Assembly: GCA_965237995.1 (NCBI GenBank)
Contig: CBDEGO010000003.1
Span: forward strand, 45,463 to 109,462
DNA from: Candidatus Poriferihabitaceae bacterium
Lineage (GTDB): Bacteria > Pseudomonadota > Gammaproteobacteria > Arenicellales > Poriferihabitantaceae
Direction: 5' to 3'
DNA: 64,000 nt
The notes under the pieces are model-generated. The model saw nothing but the letters and a program-made list of their open reading frames with translations, did not search any database and was not told the DNA's origin. Below are positions 50,029-59,588 of the stretch, piece after piece (position 1 is the first letter of the stretch; every line of letters begins with the position of its first letter). The position numbers and the translations under genes were made by a program.

Positions 50029-51036
50029 ATGTCCACCCGCAATTCAGACTATAACTTTGAAAAAAACCAAAATGCATTTATGGATGCATTATATTGGTAT
50101 GGTGTTCCTACTTTGTTTCGTGCACCAAACGACCCAAACCCCAAAAACTGCGATATAGCACTGGTCGGGGTACCGCACAGTACGGGAAATGGTACAACTG
50201 AGCGAGATCAACATCTAGGCCCTCGTGCGGTGCGTAATGTATCTGCAAATGGTCGACGTGTGCATATGAAGTTCGAACTTGACCCTTGGAACGCGTGCAG
50301 AATCAATGATTTGGGTGACGTCCCTTTAACGCATGCGAACAATAATGAAAAGTCGATAGAACATATTACCGAGTATTACCAAAGAATTGATGCGGTCGGC
50401 ACTCGGCCGGTATCCGTGGGCGGCGACCACTCTATTACTGGCGGCATTTTACAGGCACTCGGTGGCCCCACGTCAACACTGACCAACGGGGAAAAAGCCT
50501 GTATCTTGCACTTTGATGCACATACTGATTGCTTTAGTAACATGAAGCATTTTTTAGGTGCCGAAAAATCAGCAGCTCACTGGGCTTCGTATTTAGCGCT
50601 TGATGGTCATGTAGATGCGCATCACAGTGTACAAATTGGAATACGCGGGAATGCGCGTACGCTAGACTGGTTAAAACCAAGTTATGAGCATGGCTATGAA
50701 GTCATCACCATGGATCGATATAACGACATCGGTGCGCAAAACAGCATTGATATTATTCAGGAGCGCATCGGTGATAGGCCACTATACATTACTTTTGACC
50801 TTGATTGTCTTGACCCTACCGTGGCTCCCGGCGTTTCAAACATAGAGGCGGGCTGCGCTGGATTTCAAATTAATCAAGTCATGGAATTGCTGCAAAGCGT
50901 TAGAGGGTGCAACATTATTGGCGGTGATGTTGTTTGTTTAATCCCAACTAAAGACAGCCCGAATAACATCACCTCAATGGTCGCTACAGCCATTATGTTT
51001 GAAATGATCAGCTTAATTGCCGATAACCATCAGTAA
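50029..51036 (+). CDS. ureohydrolase (agmatinase/guanidino-acid hydrolase family)
   Basis: Arginase-family Mn motifs GGDHSIT, HFDAHTD, DLDCLDP and EAG. Confidence 0.85.
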   Translation: MSTRNSDYNFEKNQNAFMDALYWYGVPTLFRAPNDPNPKNCDIALVGVPHSTGNGTTERDQHLGPRAVRNVSANGRRVHMKFELDPWNACRINDLGDVPLTHANNNEKSIEHITEYYQRIDAVGTRPVSVGGDHSITGGILQALGGPTSTLTNGEKACILHFDAHTDCFSNMKHFLGAEKSAAHWASYLALDGHVDAHHSVQIGIRGNARTLDWLKPSYEHGYEVITMDRYNDIGAQNSIDIIQERIGDRPLYITFDLDCLDPTVAPGVSNIEAGCAGFQINQVMELLQSVRGCNIIGGDVVCLIPTKDSPNNITSMVATAIMFEMISLIADNHQ

Positions 51037-51135
51037 GGCCACAACGATATCTAGCTGTATACTTCGCCCTTCTCCTCATCGAACTGTAAGTACTAAACAA
51101 GCATCTTATAACGATAGCGGTGTTCAGCACATGAG

Positions 51136-52932
51136 CTAAAATAAGTTACCACCGTTAAAAACGATATCGCCACCTAGTACAGTGGCTAACACTTTAACTT
51201 GGTCTAATTGCGATACAGGCGTGGTAGTGATGTCTTTATCTAATACGATAAAGTCGGCCAGCTTGCCGACTTCCAGTGAGCCTGTTTTATTTTCTTGATG
51301 AAGATGATGTGCGACGTTGATAGTCATCATTTCTATTGCTGTATGGATATCAGGCACTTTCTGGGCCGCATTGTCCGGTCTTGTAAGTGCTCGTTGTAAT
51401 GTGCCTAGTGGTGACAACGGGCCTGCGTCATAATCGCTACTAAGCACAACGTTGGTTCCGCTATCGAGTAAAGTTTTTACCGACAGTAAACTGCCGGTTC
51501 GATTCACTCCGATAACCTGCTCTAAAAATGGAATATATCCCTGCGTATCAAGCGAGCCCGGATTTAACTGAAAGTCTGCTACTACATTGAGATCAGCAAA
51601 ACGAGTGATATCAACTGAATCAACAATGTACATATGCGTGATTCGATGTCGCTGGTCAGCGGAGTTATTTTGTGTCTTTGCATATTGAATGGCATCTAAA
51701 GCCAATTTAACGCCATTATCTCCCGTTGCGTGAAAATGTAATTGAAACCCGGCATCTTCAAGCTGCGCGGCGTACTGCATTAACTCTTCCGTTTTAAAAT
51801 ACTGGAACCCCCGAGGATAATCTAATGCCGGCACCACACGTTCATCGTACTCTTGCTTGAGAGCTGAAGTACCTAAGCTCAAAATGCCATCAACATAAAT
51901 TTTTACCTGATCAAAATTAACTAATTGATCATTACCAACAGAATGCAATGCGGTAATGTCCCGTATTTGCTGATCGAGTGGCTTATCTGGGAACACATAC
52001 AAGGCATTATGCGCACGTGTTGTCATTTTGTTTTCGCGTTCTGCTTTTTGCCAAAGTAAGTGATCATTCCGCGTCCAATATCCACCGGCATCACTCACGG
52101 TAGTAATACCGTTTTCAGCCACCGCTTTTAATCCTTTCAGTAAGCCTTCGTAGCTAAAGATTTGGTTTGGATCAACTGCGGTAAACGCAGCATCGCGCAA
52201 TCGTTGTTGGGCGTTTTCAAATAACTCTCCGGTGGCGGCACCTGAAGAATCTGTGAGTAGAATGCCACCTTGCGGTTGGGTAGGATTAGATAAATCTATG
52301 TCCGGAAACGCACGCATGAGCGCTTCAGAGTTTGCCCACGCGCCGTGGCCTAAATTATCTAATGCTAAAACAGGTGTATTCGGAAACAAATTATCTAAAA
52401 ATGCTCTTGGGGTTTGCGTCGTATCAGCGAGCATTTCAGCGACCGAAATCCCAGCGCCCAAAACCCAAGGAGAGCCTTCGTTCTGCGGGTCTTCTGCGCA
52501 CTGTCTAAACTCTTGTGCATAATCATTCACCGACTGATGGATTTCTTCAAATACGCACATAATGTCATTAAACCCTGCCTCGGCGACATGCAAATGTGCG
52601 TCTTGAAACCCCGGCATTAGAAACCTACCGCCGAGATCCACCTGCCTTGCCGCTTCTGATGCGTGTTTTTTTACACCTATATTGGAACCAATTTGGGTAA
52701 TAACACCTTGTTTTATTAAAATCGACTGGGCACTTGGAGCATTGCGATTAACGGTGTAAATATTCGCGTTAGTGACTAATAACTCATCGCTGGCGATAGA
52801 GTCCGATAGTATTAACTGGTAGAGCGGCACTAGATTAGGTGCTGCAACACCAATCGAAACACCAAACCCACATACAAATGCAGCGATTAAATAGCGTTTT
52901 AATTTCAATTTCATTAGACTAACCCTAAACAA
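51136..52932 (-). CDS. amidohydrolase 3 (YtcJ-like) family protein, secreted
   Basis: Signal-like N-terminus (possible start at MKLKLKRYL, nt 52914), FQDAHLHV HxH motif and HFHATGD. Confidence 0.8.
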   Translation of the reverse strand: MFRVSLMKLKLKRYLIAAFVCGFGVSIGVAAPNLVPLYQLILSDSIASDELLVTNANIYTVNRNAPSAQSILIKQGVITQIGSNIGVKKHASEAARQVDLGGRFLMPGFQDAHLHVAEAGFNDIMCVFEEIHQSVNDYAQEFRQCAEDPQNEGSPWVLGAGISVAEMLADTTQTPRAFLDNLFPNTPVLALDNLGHGAWANSEALMRAFPDIDLSNPTQPQGGILLTDSSGAATGELFENAQQRLRDAAFTAVDPNQIFSYEGLLKGLKAVAENGITTVSDAGGYWTRNDHLLWQKAERENKMTTRAHNALYVFPDKPLDQQIRDITALHSVGNDQLVNFDQVKIYVDGILSLGTSALKQEYDERVVPALDYPRGFQYFKTEELMQYAAQLEDAGFQLHFHATGDNGVKLALDAIQYAKTQNNSADQRHRITHMYIVDSVDITRFADLNVVADFQLNPGSLDTQGYIPFLEQVIGVNRTGSLLSVKTLLDSGTNVVLSSDYDAGPLSPLGTLQRALTRPDNAAQKVPDIHTAIEMMTINVAHHLHQENKTGSLEVGKLADFIVLDKDITTTPVSQLDQVKVLATVLGGDIVFNGGNLF

Positions 52933-53048
52933 TATGATTTTTCTGAGGTATCCAGCAAAATCTAGAACATCTACTTTAATAAAGGTAAATTCTAACGCAA
53001 AAATAGCCCTTGTCCATCACGCTAAGTTTTGACCCATTTCATAAATGA

Positions 53049-54200
53049 ATGACTGCAACTATAACCAGTAAATTGCCTGACGTAGGCACCACCATCTTCA
53101 CTGTCATGTCAAACATGGCTCAAGAGTACGGCGCCATTAATCTCTCTCAAGGCTTTCCGGATTTCGAACCAGATAAAGCTTTATTAGACCGCGTAACCCA
53201 TCATTTGCAATCGGGCAAAAACCAATATCCGCCAATGATCGGAGTTCCGGCTCTGCGCGAAGCAATCGCTAAAAAGCTCTCCACGTATTCAAATGCTACT
53301 GTTGACCCAGAAACAGAAGTCACGATCACCAGCGGAGCAACCGAAGCGTTATTCTGTGCTATTCACGCCGTCGTTAACGCAGGTGATGAGGTCATTGTGT
53401 TTGACCCTGCTTATGACTCCTACGAGCCAGCGATAGAATTAGCGGGGGGTAAAGCGATCCATGTACCACTTACCTTGCCTGACTACGGCATGGATTGGAG
53501 CGCGCTTGAGCAAGCCTTTAACGATCGAACACGGCTAGTCATTATTAACAGCCCACACAACCCCACAGGCTCCATCCTGCGCGAGAGCGACCTAAATCAA
53601 TTGGCGTCTCTCGTTGAGCAATATAATTGTTATTTAATCAGCGACGAAGTCTACGAGCATATAGTGTTTGATGGAGAACAACACTGTAGTGCATTAAACC
53701 ACCCTATTCTTAAAAAACGTGCATTCAGCGTTTTCTCGTTTGGTAAAACCTATCACGCAACCGGATGGAAGATTGGCTATTGCATTGCACCTGCGCCACT
53801 TTCAGCTGAGTTTCGCAAAATACATCAATTTAACGCATTTACTACCGTTACCCCAATGCAATGGGCCTTAGCTGATTTTATGAAATCTAACCCTGAGCAC
53901 TACCTCGGTCTGTCAGCGTTTTATCAGCAAAAACGTGATTTATTTCGCTCATTAATTAATGAATCTAGGTTTCGCTTGCTACCCAGTGATGGAACTTATT
54001 TTCAATTAGCCGATTACTCAGCCATCTCTGATCAATCAGATACTGAGTTTGCGGCTTGGATGACACAAGAAAAAGGAGTGGCGGTTATTCCGCTATCGCC
54101 TTTTTACCAAAACCCACCCAATACCAAAATAGTACGGTTTTGTTTTGCTAAGCAAGATCAAACTCTACGAGAAGCGGCTAAAATTATATGCCAGATTTAG
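53049..54200 (+). CDS. PLP-dependent aminotransferase (YbdL-like methionine/glutamine aminotransferase)
   Basis: PLP-lysine context SFGKTYHATGWKIGY, class I aminotransferase length, and pairing with a YafV-like omega-amidase. Confidence 0.85.
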   Translation: MTATITSKLPDVGTTIFTVMSNMAQEYGAINLSQGFPDFEPDKALLDRVTHHLQSGKNQYPPMIGVPALREAIAKKLSTYSNATVDPETEVTITSGATEALFCAIHAVVNAGDEVIVFDPAYDSYEPAIELAGGKAIHVPLTLPDYGMDWSALEQAFNDRTRLVIINSPHNPTGSILRESDLNQLASLVEQYNCYLISDEVYEHIVFDGEQHCSALNHPILKKRAFSVFSFGKTYHATGWKIGYCIAPAPLSAEFRKIHQFNAFTTVTPMQWALADFMKSNPEHYLGLSAFYQQKRDLFRSLINESRFRLLPSDGTYFQLADYSAISDQSDTEFAAWMTQEKGVAVIPLSPFYQNPPNTKIVRFCFAKQDQTLREAAKIICQI

Positions 54201-54973
54201 ACAATAACTTACACGTTAGCATAATTCAAGACGCGATTACTTGGCATGATCCAGCGGCGAATCGTAAGCGCTACGACGGACATCTGTCGGGAGATTTGTA
54301 TACAGATCTAGTCGTATTACCCGAGATGTTTAGCACTGGGTTTTCAATGAAGCCTTGGGAATCATTTGAAACTATGGACGGCGAAACAGTCGCGTGGATG
54401 CTAAACCACGCTGAACGATTGGATGCGGTTATCACGGGTAGTTTGATCATGCAGATAGACGACCACTATGTAAACCGCATGATATGGGCAAGGCCGGATG
54501 GTGAACTAGATTATTACGACAAGCGCCACTTATTCCGCTTTGGCAAAGAACATCTGCATTACGAAGCTGGCGACCAGCGTGTGATACTTCGGCACAAAGG
54601 CTGGAGGGTCGCGTTATTTATTTGTTACGACCTGCGCTTTCCTGTTTGGAGTCGAAATCAGGGTGATTATGATTTAGCGTTGTACGTAGCCAATTGGCCA
54701 GATGCAAGGCAATTTGCCTGGGACAGCTTGCTGGTGGCCAGAGCCATAGAAAACCAATGCTATGTGGCGGCAAGCAATCGTATTGGTGAAGACGCTTTAG
54801 GCAACACCTTTTCCGGGGGGAGCGCACTGTTCGACCCGAAAGGCGCAGCCCTAGTTAACTTTAATAATAAAGCCGTTATTCACACAGAAATTTTATCATT
54901 GTCTACATTAACTGATTTTCGCGCGTTTTTTCCTGCTGAGAAAGATGCGGATCTATTTAAAATATTTGATTAA
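54188..54973 (+). CDS. C-N hydrolase, omega-amidase (YafV-like)
   Basis: LPEMFSTGF (Glu) and ICYDLRFP (Cys). 13-nt overlap with the upstream aminotransferase gene. Confidence 0.8.
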   Translation: MPDLDNNLHVSIIQDAITWHDPAANRKRYDGHLSGDLYTDLVVLPEMFSTGFSMKPWESFETMDGETVAWMLNHAERLDAVITGSLIMQIDDHYVNRMIWARPDGELDYYDKRHLFRFGKEHLHYEAGDQRVILRHKGWRVALFICYDLRFPVWSRNQGDYDLALYVANWPDARQFAWDSLLVARAIENQCYVAASNRIGEDALGNTFSGGSALFDPKGAALVNFNNKAVIHTEILSLSTLTDFRAFFPAEKDADLFKIFD

Positions 54974-55124
54974 AACAGGCACAATCTCATAATCGGCTGG
55001 CGCTAACGATTTAGTGCTTCTCATATCGATGGAGAATTCCCTATTAGGGTTATAACCACTTTTCCAAATCTGAATTCCAAGATAAAACTCTAAAATTGTC
55101 CATAAAGGCATATCACAGACGCAA

Positions 55125-55650
55125 ATGAACTACCCCGCAGCAAGCTACGGGGTATCAGAATAGTGCCAACTGGCTATCATAGTGCAATTGCTTATACTCT
55201 TGCCCCTGATTCTTAACATAGTTGCCTATAGTCTCCTCGTCACCATGCCTGCCAACTGTACTTGAAAAATAACCATCCGACCAAAACTCACCTCCCCATA
55301 ATTGCTTCTTTACTGAGGGTCGCCTTCTGAAAATCTCTCTCACTGTGATGCTCTTAACTAACCTCACTATCTTTGTAACGCTATATGTCGGCACTGACTG
55401 AATTAGAAAGTGTACGTGATCTTTATCCGTGCCTATCTCAAGAAACTTCAATTGATAACGATTTTCAATCTCCAAACAAATTACTCGTAATTCTTCATCA
55501 ACCGATTCGTCAAAAACTATACGACGATATTTTGTCGGAAACACCATATGATAAAGTAGAACCGTTACATTATGGCTCTTGTGGATTCACGTTAAGATAA
55601 AGCCAAGAGCTTGCACAACGTTTGTAATAAAAAGCGGTGCAAAACGAGCA
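55125..55650 (-). mobile_element. IS200-type element (IS200/IS605 family, tnpA only); ends not determined
   Basis: Y1 transposase gene with a hairpin directly after the stop (TACCCCG-cagcaagcta-CGGGGTA, 55131-55154) and a 5' hairpin (GCTCTTG...CAAGAGC, 55575-55610). No tnpB. The coordinates are approximate. Confidence 0.45.
55155..55547 (-). CDS. tnpA: IS200/IS605-family Y1 (HUH) transposase TnpA
   Basis: HUH motif DHVHFLIQ, catalytic Tyr context WSDGYFSSTVG, and N-terminal YHMVFPTKYRR. The frame is open 13 codons further upstream (IHKSHNVTVLLYH) but has no canonical start there. Confidence 0.85.
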   Translation of the reverse strand: MVFPTKYRRIVFDESVDEELRVICLEIENRYQLKFLEIGTDKDHVHFLIQSVPTYSVTKIVRLVKSITVREIFRRRPSVKKQLWGGEFWSDGYFSSTVGRHGDEETIGNYVKNQGQEYKQLHYDSQLALF

Positions 55651-55745
55651 TACAGATGCGGTGGTTTTTTTGACGTCATTCTAGCAACTGAGAGTGACTC
55701 GCCTGAAGGAGAGCTTTCAGGAAACATCGCAATAGGACTTTAATT

Positions 55746-56234
55746 ATGCAACGACGTAAATTACTAAAATCATCTCTTGTTAGTACAGCAGCCATTTCAT
55801 CTAAAGTTACGTGGACGACTCCTGTTATTTCAATAGTAGCTATACCAGCACACGCTATGACAACTGCTGATACTCTTTATTCTGGTATGGCCTCTTCGCC
55901 TAGTCCGTTTACTAATCTTCAAGACTGGTTGGCCATTGTAACTCTGCGTCAAAATGGGGCTGTTCCCGTCTTGCTACAGAACTTAGCTGAGAATGTTCGT
56001 ATCGCAGGGGAAATAGATTGGGTAGGTCCAGTTTTTTCACTTAGGGCCTCATCTTCTTGTGACGAACTATCCTCTGACGCTACAGGAGGAGTTAGCGCTG
56101 TTAGTGACAGTTCAATTTCTCTCCAAATAGATCCTTTCATTAATAATAAACGAGAAAGAATATCTCTAACTGTTCCAAGTGCCAGAAGTGCGGTTTCAGT
56201 GCCGCCATTGTTATCGACTTGTACTTTGGAGTAA
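55746..56234 (+). CDS. small secreted protein with conserved Tat-like leader (P2)
   Basis: Leader MQRRKLLKSS...VTWTTPVISIVAIPAHAM followed by a Ser/Val-rich mature region of about 120 aa. Confidence 0.5.
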   Translation: MQRRKLLKSSLVSTAAISSKVTWTTPVISIVAIPAHAMTTADTLYSGMASSPSPFTNLQDWLAIVTLRQNGAVPVLLQNLAENVRIAGEIDWVGPVFSLRASSSCDELSSDATGGVSAVSDSSISLQIDPFINNKRERISLTVPSARSAVSVPPLLSTCTLE

Positions 56235-56256
56235 CTTGAGACTAGGTTAAAAATAA

Positions 56257-56580
56257 ATGGGCTCAGTAGATAAAATACAGTGTGTCCGACTCCGAGTAAT
56301 AGTATTGCCTAGCCCCTATACAAATTCATTTGATGGAACATCATCAGCCTCACCAATAGTAGCCGCGTCTGTTGCGGCTATACAAGGAATGTTAAAAGCT
56401 CAAGGCTTGCCCGTGCTAAGTCCCCTTGTCATGAGGCAATTACTGACGACAACAGGCTCGCCTCAAACAAGCGACTTAACCCGAACGATATCGACCGTAC
56501 CAGATATTATTAAGGCAGCTAAATCGTTGGGCTTATATACACCAACCAACCTAGCTCCTATATACTATCTATTAGACTAA
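56257..56580 (+). pseudogene. C-terminal remnant of a subtilisin-like (S8) serine peptidase
   Basis: Contains the catalytic-Ser box FDGTSSASPIVAASVAAIQGML and the following helix, but no Asp/His boxes. A stop codon lies immediately upstream of the ATG. Its TAA overlaps the ATG of the next ORF. Confidence 0.6.
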
Positions 56581-57023
56581 TGAAAAATAAATACCCCAAG
56601 CGTAGAAAACTTTTAACGATGTGTGGCGTGTTACCAGTATGGGCTACACCTTTGGTAACGTCAGTAATGCTGCCGGCACATGCACAGACATCTTCACCAT
56701 CTCTAATTGATGTTACTCCGCCGTCACCGGGTTTTGTTTTTTGTGCCCAAAATGAATCTGGCTCTATAGAAAGTTTATTTGTACATCTTCAGAATATAGG
56801 CACTGCTCAGTTAACATTAGAATCTATAGCTGTGACAGCTGATATTGGAGCGGTAATTTGGAAAGAAGATGTTGCACTTCCAATCACTATAAGTGCTGGC
56901 TCAAGATTAGATATTCAATTTATACCATCGCCGATTTTTATATGTACTAGCAATCAAAATCCTACTTTAACAGCTACGTATACAACAAATATAGGTACAA
57001 CAATATTGAAACACCAATATTAG
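56580..57023 (+). CDS. small secreted Ig-like/beta-rich protein with conserved Tat-like leader (P3)
   Basis: Leader MKNKYPKRRKLLTMCGVLPVWATPLVTSVMLPAHAQ. The mature part has an ASH/choice-of-anchor-D-like strand pattern (LQNIGTAQLTLESIAV...ITISAGSRLDIQFIP). Confidence 0.5.
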   Translation: MKNKYPKRRKLLTMCGVLPVWATPLVTSVMLPAHAQTSSPSLIDVTPPSPGFVFCAQNESGSIESLFVHLQNIGTAQLTLESIAVTADIGAVIWKEDVALPITISAGSRLDIQFIPSPIFICTSNQNPTLTATYTTNIGTTILKHQY

Positions 57024-57045
57024 CTTAATAGTGCTATACGGTGAT

Positions 57046-57621
57046 TTATTCACATCCGTTATGCTTTTTCCACATCTTAGCTGAGTGCCCTTCTGGAATA
57101 TTTGCACAAGGGTTTTGAGAATATCCTCTTAACTCGTTATATAGAGCAACTTGGTGTGCTGATAGTATGTCTGGCGTTTTTAAGTGCGTAGACAAATGCA
57201 CCATTCTGAGCTTTGCTCTTACCTTTTCGATGTTTTCAATTAGCTCTGATAAGGAATCGATAGTGATGGTTTTTTCGGAAAACGCGGTATCTAAGGCAAT
57301 TTCTAGCTCTATTAGCTCTTTACCTAAAGGAATTGCGGCAGATTTCATGTCCGAATAAAGGGCACTAATTTTCGAGTGTTGCTCTTCGCTTAAGTGAATT
57401 TTTTCACTCATCTCTAGTAGATGAACTGGCCCGGGCATTCCGTTTAACTCAGCTGGTTTAGCAAGCCCCCAGCCTTTACCTAGTTGTAGTTCTTTTATAT
57501 CATCTTGTGACAACCCTTTAATTTTTCGGTTTTGCTCACCAGCATATTCAGATGTAAAACTAGCCGCTGCGCTCGATACTGTAATGATCAATAAAGCGGA
57601 TAAAACAAATTTTGCGTTCAT
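57046..57621 (-). CDS. periplasmic CpxP/Spy/ZraP-family protein
   Basis: Signal peptide, two LTxxQ-like motifs (LSEEQHSKI, LSAHQVALYNEL), helical, with a Cys/His-containing C-terminus. Confidence 0.55.
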   Translation of the reverse strand: MNAKFVLSALLIITVSSAAASFTSEYAGEQNRKIKGLSQDDIKELQLGKGWGLAKPAELNGMPGPVHLLEMSEKIHLSEEQHSKISALYSDMKSAAIPLGKELIELEIALDTAFSEKTITIDSLSELIENIEKVRAKLRMVHLSTHLKTPDILSAHQVALYNELRGYSQNPCANIPEGHSAKMWKKHNGCE

Positions 57622-57658
57622 GGCATGCCTACATTAATATTTAAACTAGGAGTGATTT

Positions 57659-57693
57659 TTGAGGAGGCACTCTCGCATATCGTGTCTCCTCAA
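57659..57693 (-). other. intercistronic stem-loop between the cupredoxin and CpxP-like genes
   Basis: TTGAGGAGGCAC-tctcgcatatc-GTGTCTCCTCAA: 12-bp stem with one G-T pair and no U-tract on the transcribed strand. Confidence 0.4.
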
Positions 57694-57699
57694 TACCGT

Positions 57700-58218
57700 C
57701 TACGACTCTACAACAACCGTGCCCTTCATACCCGCGTCATAGTGTCCAGGAATTAGGCAGCCGAAAGCAAAAGTTCCGGCATTTGAGAACTGCCAAATAA
57801 TTTCTCCTTTCTCTCCAGGGGCAACGTGCGTCATGTAAGGCTCTGAGTGCTCCATATTAGGAAACTTCTTCATCATTTCAGCGTGCTCATCTAGCGTAGT
57901 CTGCGTTCCGAGAACGAATTCGTGCATGATCTTGCCTGTATTTGTGTGTACAAATTTAATTACATCACCTTTATTGACCTTAATAACATCAGGAGTAAAT
58001 CGCATTTGATCGCTCATGTTGACTTCTATGGTACGCGTCACTTCCATACCTTGGTCGTACATGCCAAATTCATTCATTGTATGCTCGTATTCCATTGCCT
58101 CGTTGTGGTCATTATCGTGACCATCGTCATGTGATCCACCTGCATAAAGTGAGCTAGACAGAAAAGTTAAAGATGCAAATGTTGCTGCGGTTATAGTTAG
58201 TTTATTTAATGTTTTCAT
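57700..58218 (-). CDS. periplasmic cupredoxin (plastocyanin/azurin-like copper-binding protein)
   Basis: Signal peptide, His-rich N-terminal tract (GGSHDDGHDNDHNEAMEYEH), and type-1 Cu ligands HEF...GCLIPGHYDAGM. Confidence 0.8.
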   Translation of the reverse strand: MKTLNKLTITAATFASLTFLSSSLYAGGSHDDGHDNDHNEAMEYEHTMNEFGMYDQGMEVTRTIEVNMSDQMRFTPDVIKVNKGDVIKFVHTNTGKIMHEFVLGTQTTLDEHAEMMKKFPNMEHSEPYMTHVAPGEKGEIIWQFSNAGTFAFGCLIPGHYDAGMKGTVVVES

Positions 58219-58260
58219 AGTTTAGATTTCTTTTTTAGATTAAGTAAATTGTTAATAAGT

Positions 58261-59556
58261 TTATGAAGAAAGATCAGCTTCAAAAGAAACCGTACCTTCA
58301 GGGTAGTCATACCAACCGGGGTCGGAGTAATCTCCTGTTTTTTGTCCCTCTCGGATTTTAAGAACAGTGAACATCCCGCCCATTTCAATAGGGCCAAATT
58401 GCCCTTCTCCCGTCATCATTGGTAGCGTATTGGCAGGCAGAGGCATGACCATCTCGCCCATCTCAGCCATACCGCGTTCACCCATCACCATGTATCCGGG
58501 CAATAGCTTAGATAAGCTTTGTTGTACGGGCCGCTGGTCAACGCCTATCATGTTCGGTACGCTATGTCCCATTGGGTTCATGGTATGGTGCGACTTATGG
58601 CAATGCATGGCCCAATCGCCGGGGGCATCCGCAATAAATTCGATTGCTCGCATCTGCCCAATGGCTACGTCCGTGGTCACTTCAGGCCATCTAGCCCCTT
58701 CTGGAATCCAGCCACCGTCTGTACCTGCTACTTCGAATTTAAGTCCGTGAATGTGAATAGGATGATTCGTCATGGTAAGGTTTCCCATCCTGACGCGCAC
58801 CTTTTCATCAAGACCGACTACAAGATGGTCGATACCCGGGAAGGCTCGGCTATTCCAAGTCCACAAGTTAAAATCTAGCATAGTATTAGTCCTCGCCGTC
58901 ATCGTGCCCGGCTCAATATCATAAGCATTCATTAAGAAGCAGAAATCGCGATCAACACGGTGTAGTTCGGAGTTTTTAGGGTGAACGACCATCGACCCCA
59001 TCATGCCCATGGCCATTTGCACCATTTCATCGGCGTGGGGGTGGTACATAAAGGTGCCAGACTGCTTGAGTTCATACTCGTAAACATATGTTTTACCAGG
59101 TGGAATCTGCGGTTGATTTAAACCACCAACACCATCCATTCCAGCAGGTAAGAAAATTCCGTGCCAATGAACCGTGGTGTGTTCTGGTAATCGATTGGTA
59201 ACAAATATACGTACTTTATCGCCCTCTACTGCTTCAATTGTTGGGCCAGGCGACTGTCCGTTATACCCCCATAGTCTCGCAGTCATGCCTTGTGATATTT
59301 CGCGTTCGACCGCTTCGGCAGTCAGATGAAATTCTTTCCAACCATTATTCATTCGCCACGGTAATGACCACCCATTTAAGGTTACAACGGGGTTATACCA
59401 ACGACCTGACGTCGGCTCTTCGGGCGGTTGCATTACAGCGCCTTCCATAGTCGGTGATTCTGGTAATGCGGCTAGCGCCACCTTGGACACCAAACCCGCT
59501 CCGAGCGCTGCTGCGCTCGCACCCGCATTTCTTAAAAATTGTCTTCTATTAGTCAT
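58261..59556 (-). CDS. multicopper oxidase (copper resistance type), Tat-exported
   Basis: Tat leader MTNRRQFLRNAGASAAALGAG. Copper-site motifs HWHG, HPH, HPIHIHG and HCHKSHH. Met-rich segment MVMGERGMAEMGEMVMPLPANTLPMMTGEG. Confidence 0.85.
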   Translation of the reverse strand: MTNRRQFLRNAGASAAALGAGLVSKVALAALPESPTMEGAVMQPPEEPTSGRWYNPVVTLNGWSLPWRMNNGWKEFHLTAEAVEREISQGMTARLWGYNGQSPGPTIEAVEGDKVRIFVTNRLPEHTTVHWHGIFLPAGMDGVGGLNQPQIPPGKTYVYEYELKQSGTFMYHPHADEMVQMAMGMMGSMVVHPKNSELHRVDRDFCFLMNAYDIEPGTMTARTNTMLDFNLWTWNSRAFPGIDHLVVGLDEKVRVRMGNLTMTNHPIHIHGLKFEVAGTDGGWIPEGARWPEVTTDVAIGQMRAIEFIADAPGDWAMHCHKSHHTMNPMGHSVPNMIGVDQRPVQQSLSKLLPGYMVMGERGMAEMGEMVMPLPANTLPMMTGEGQFGPIEMGGMFTVLKIREGQKTGDYSDPGWYDYPEGTVSFEADLSS

Positions 59557-59588
59557 GTTAATTCTCTTTTAATTATTCGTTGAACGGA

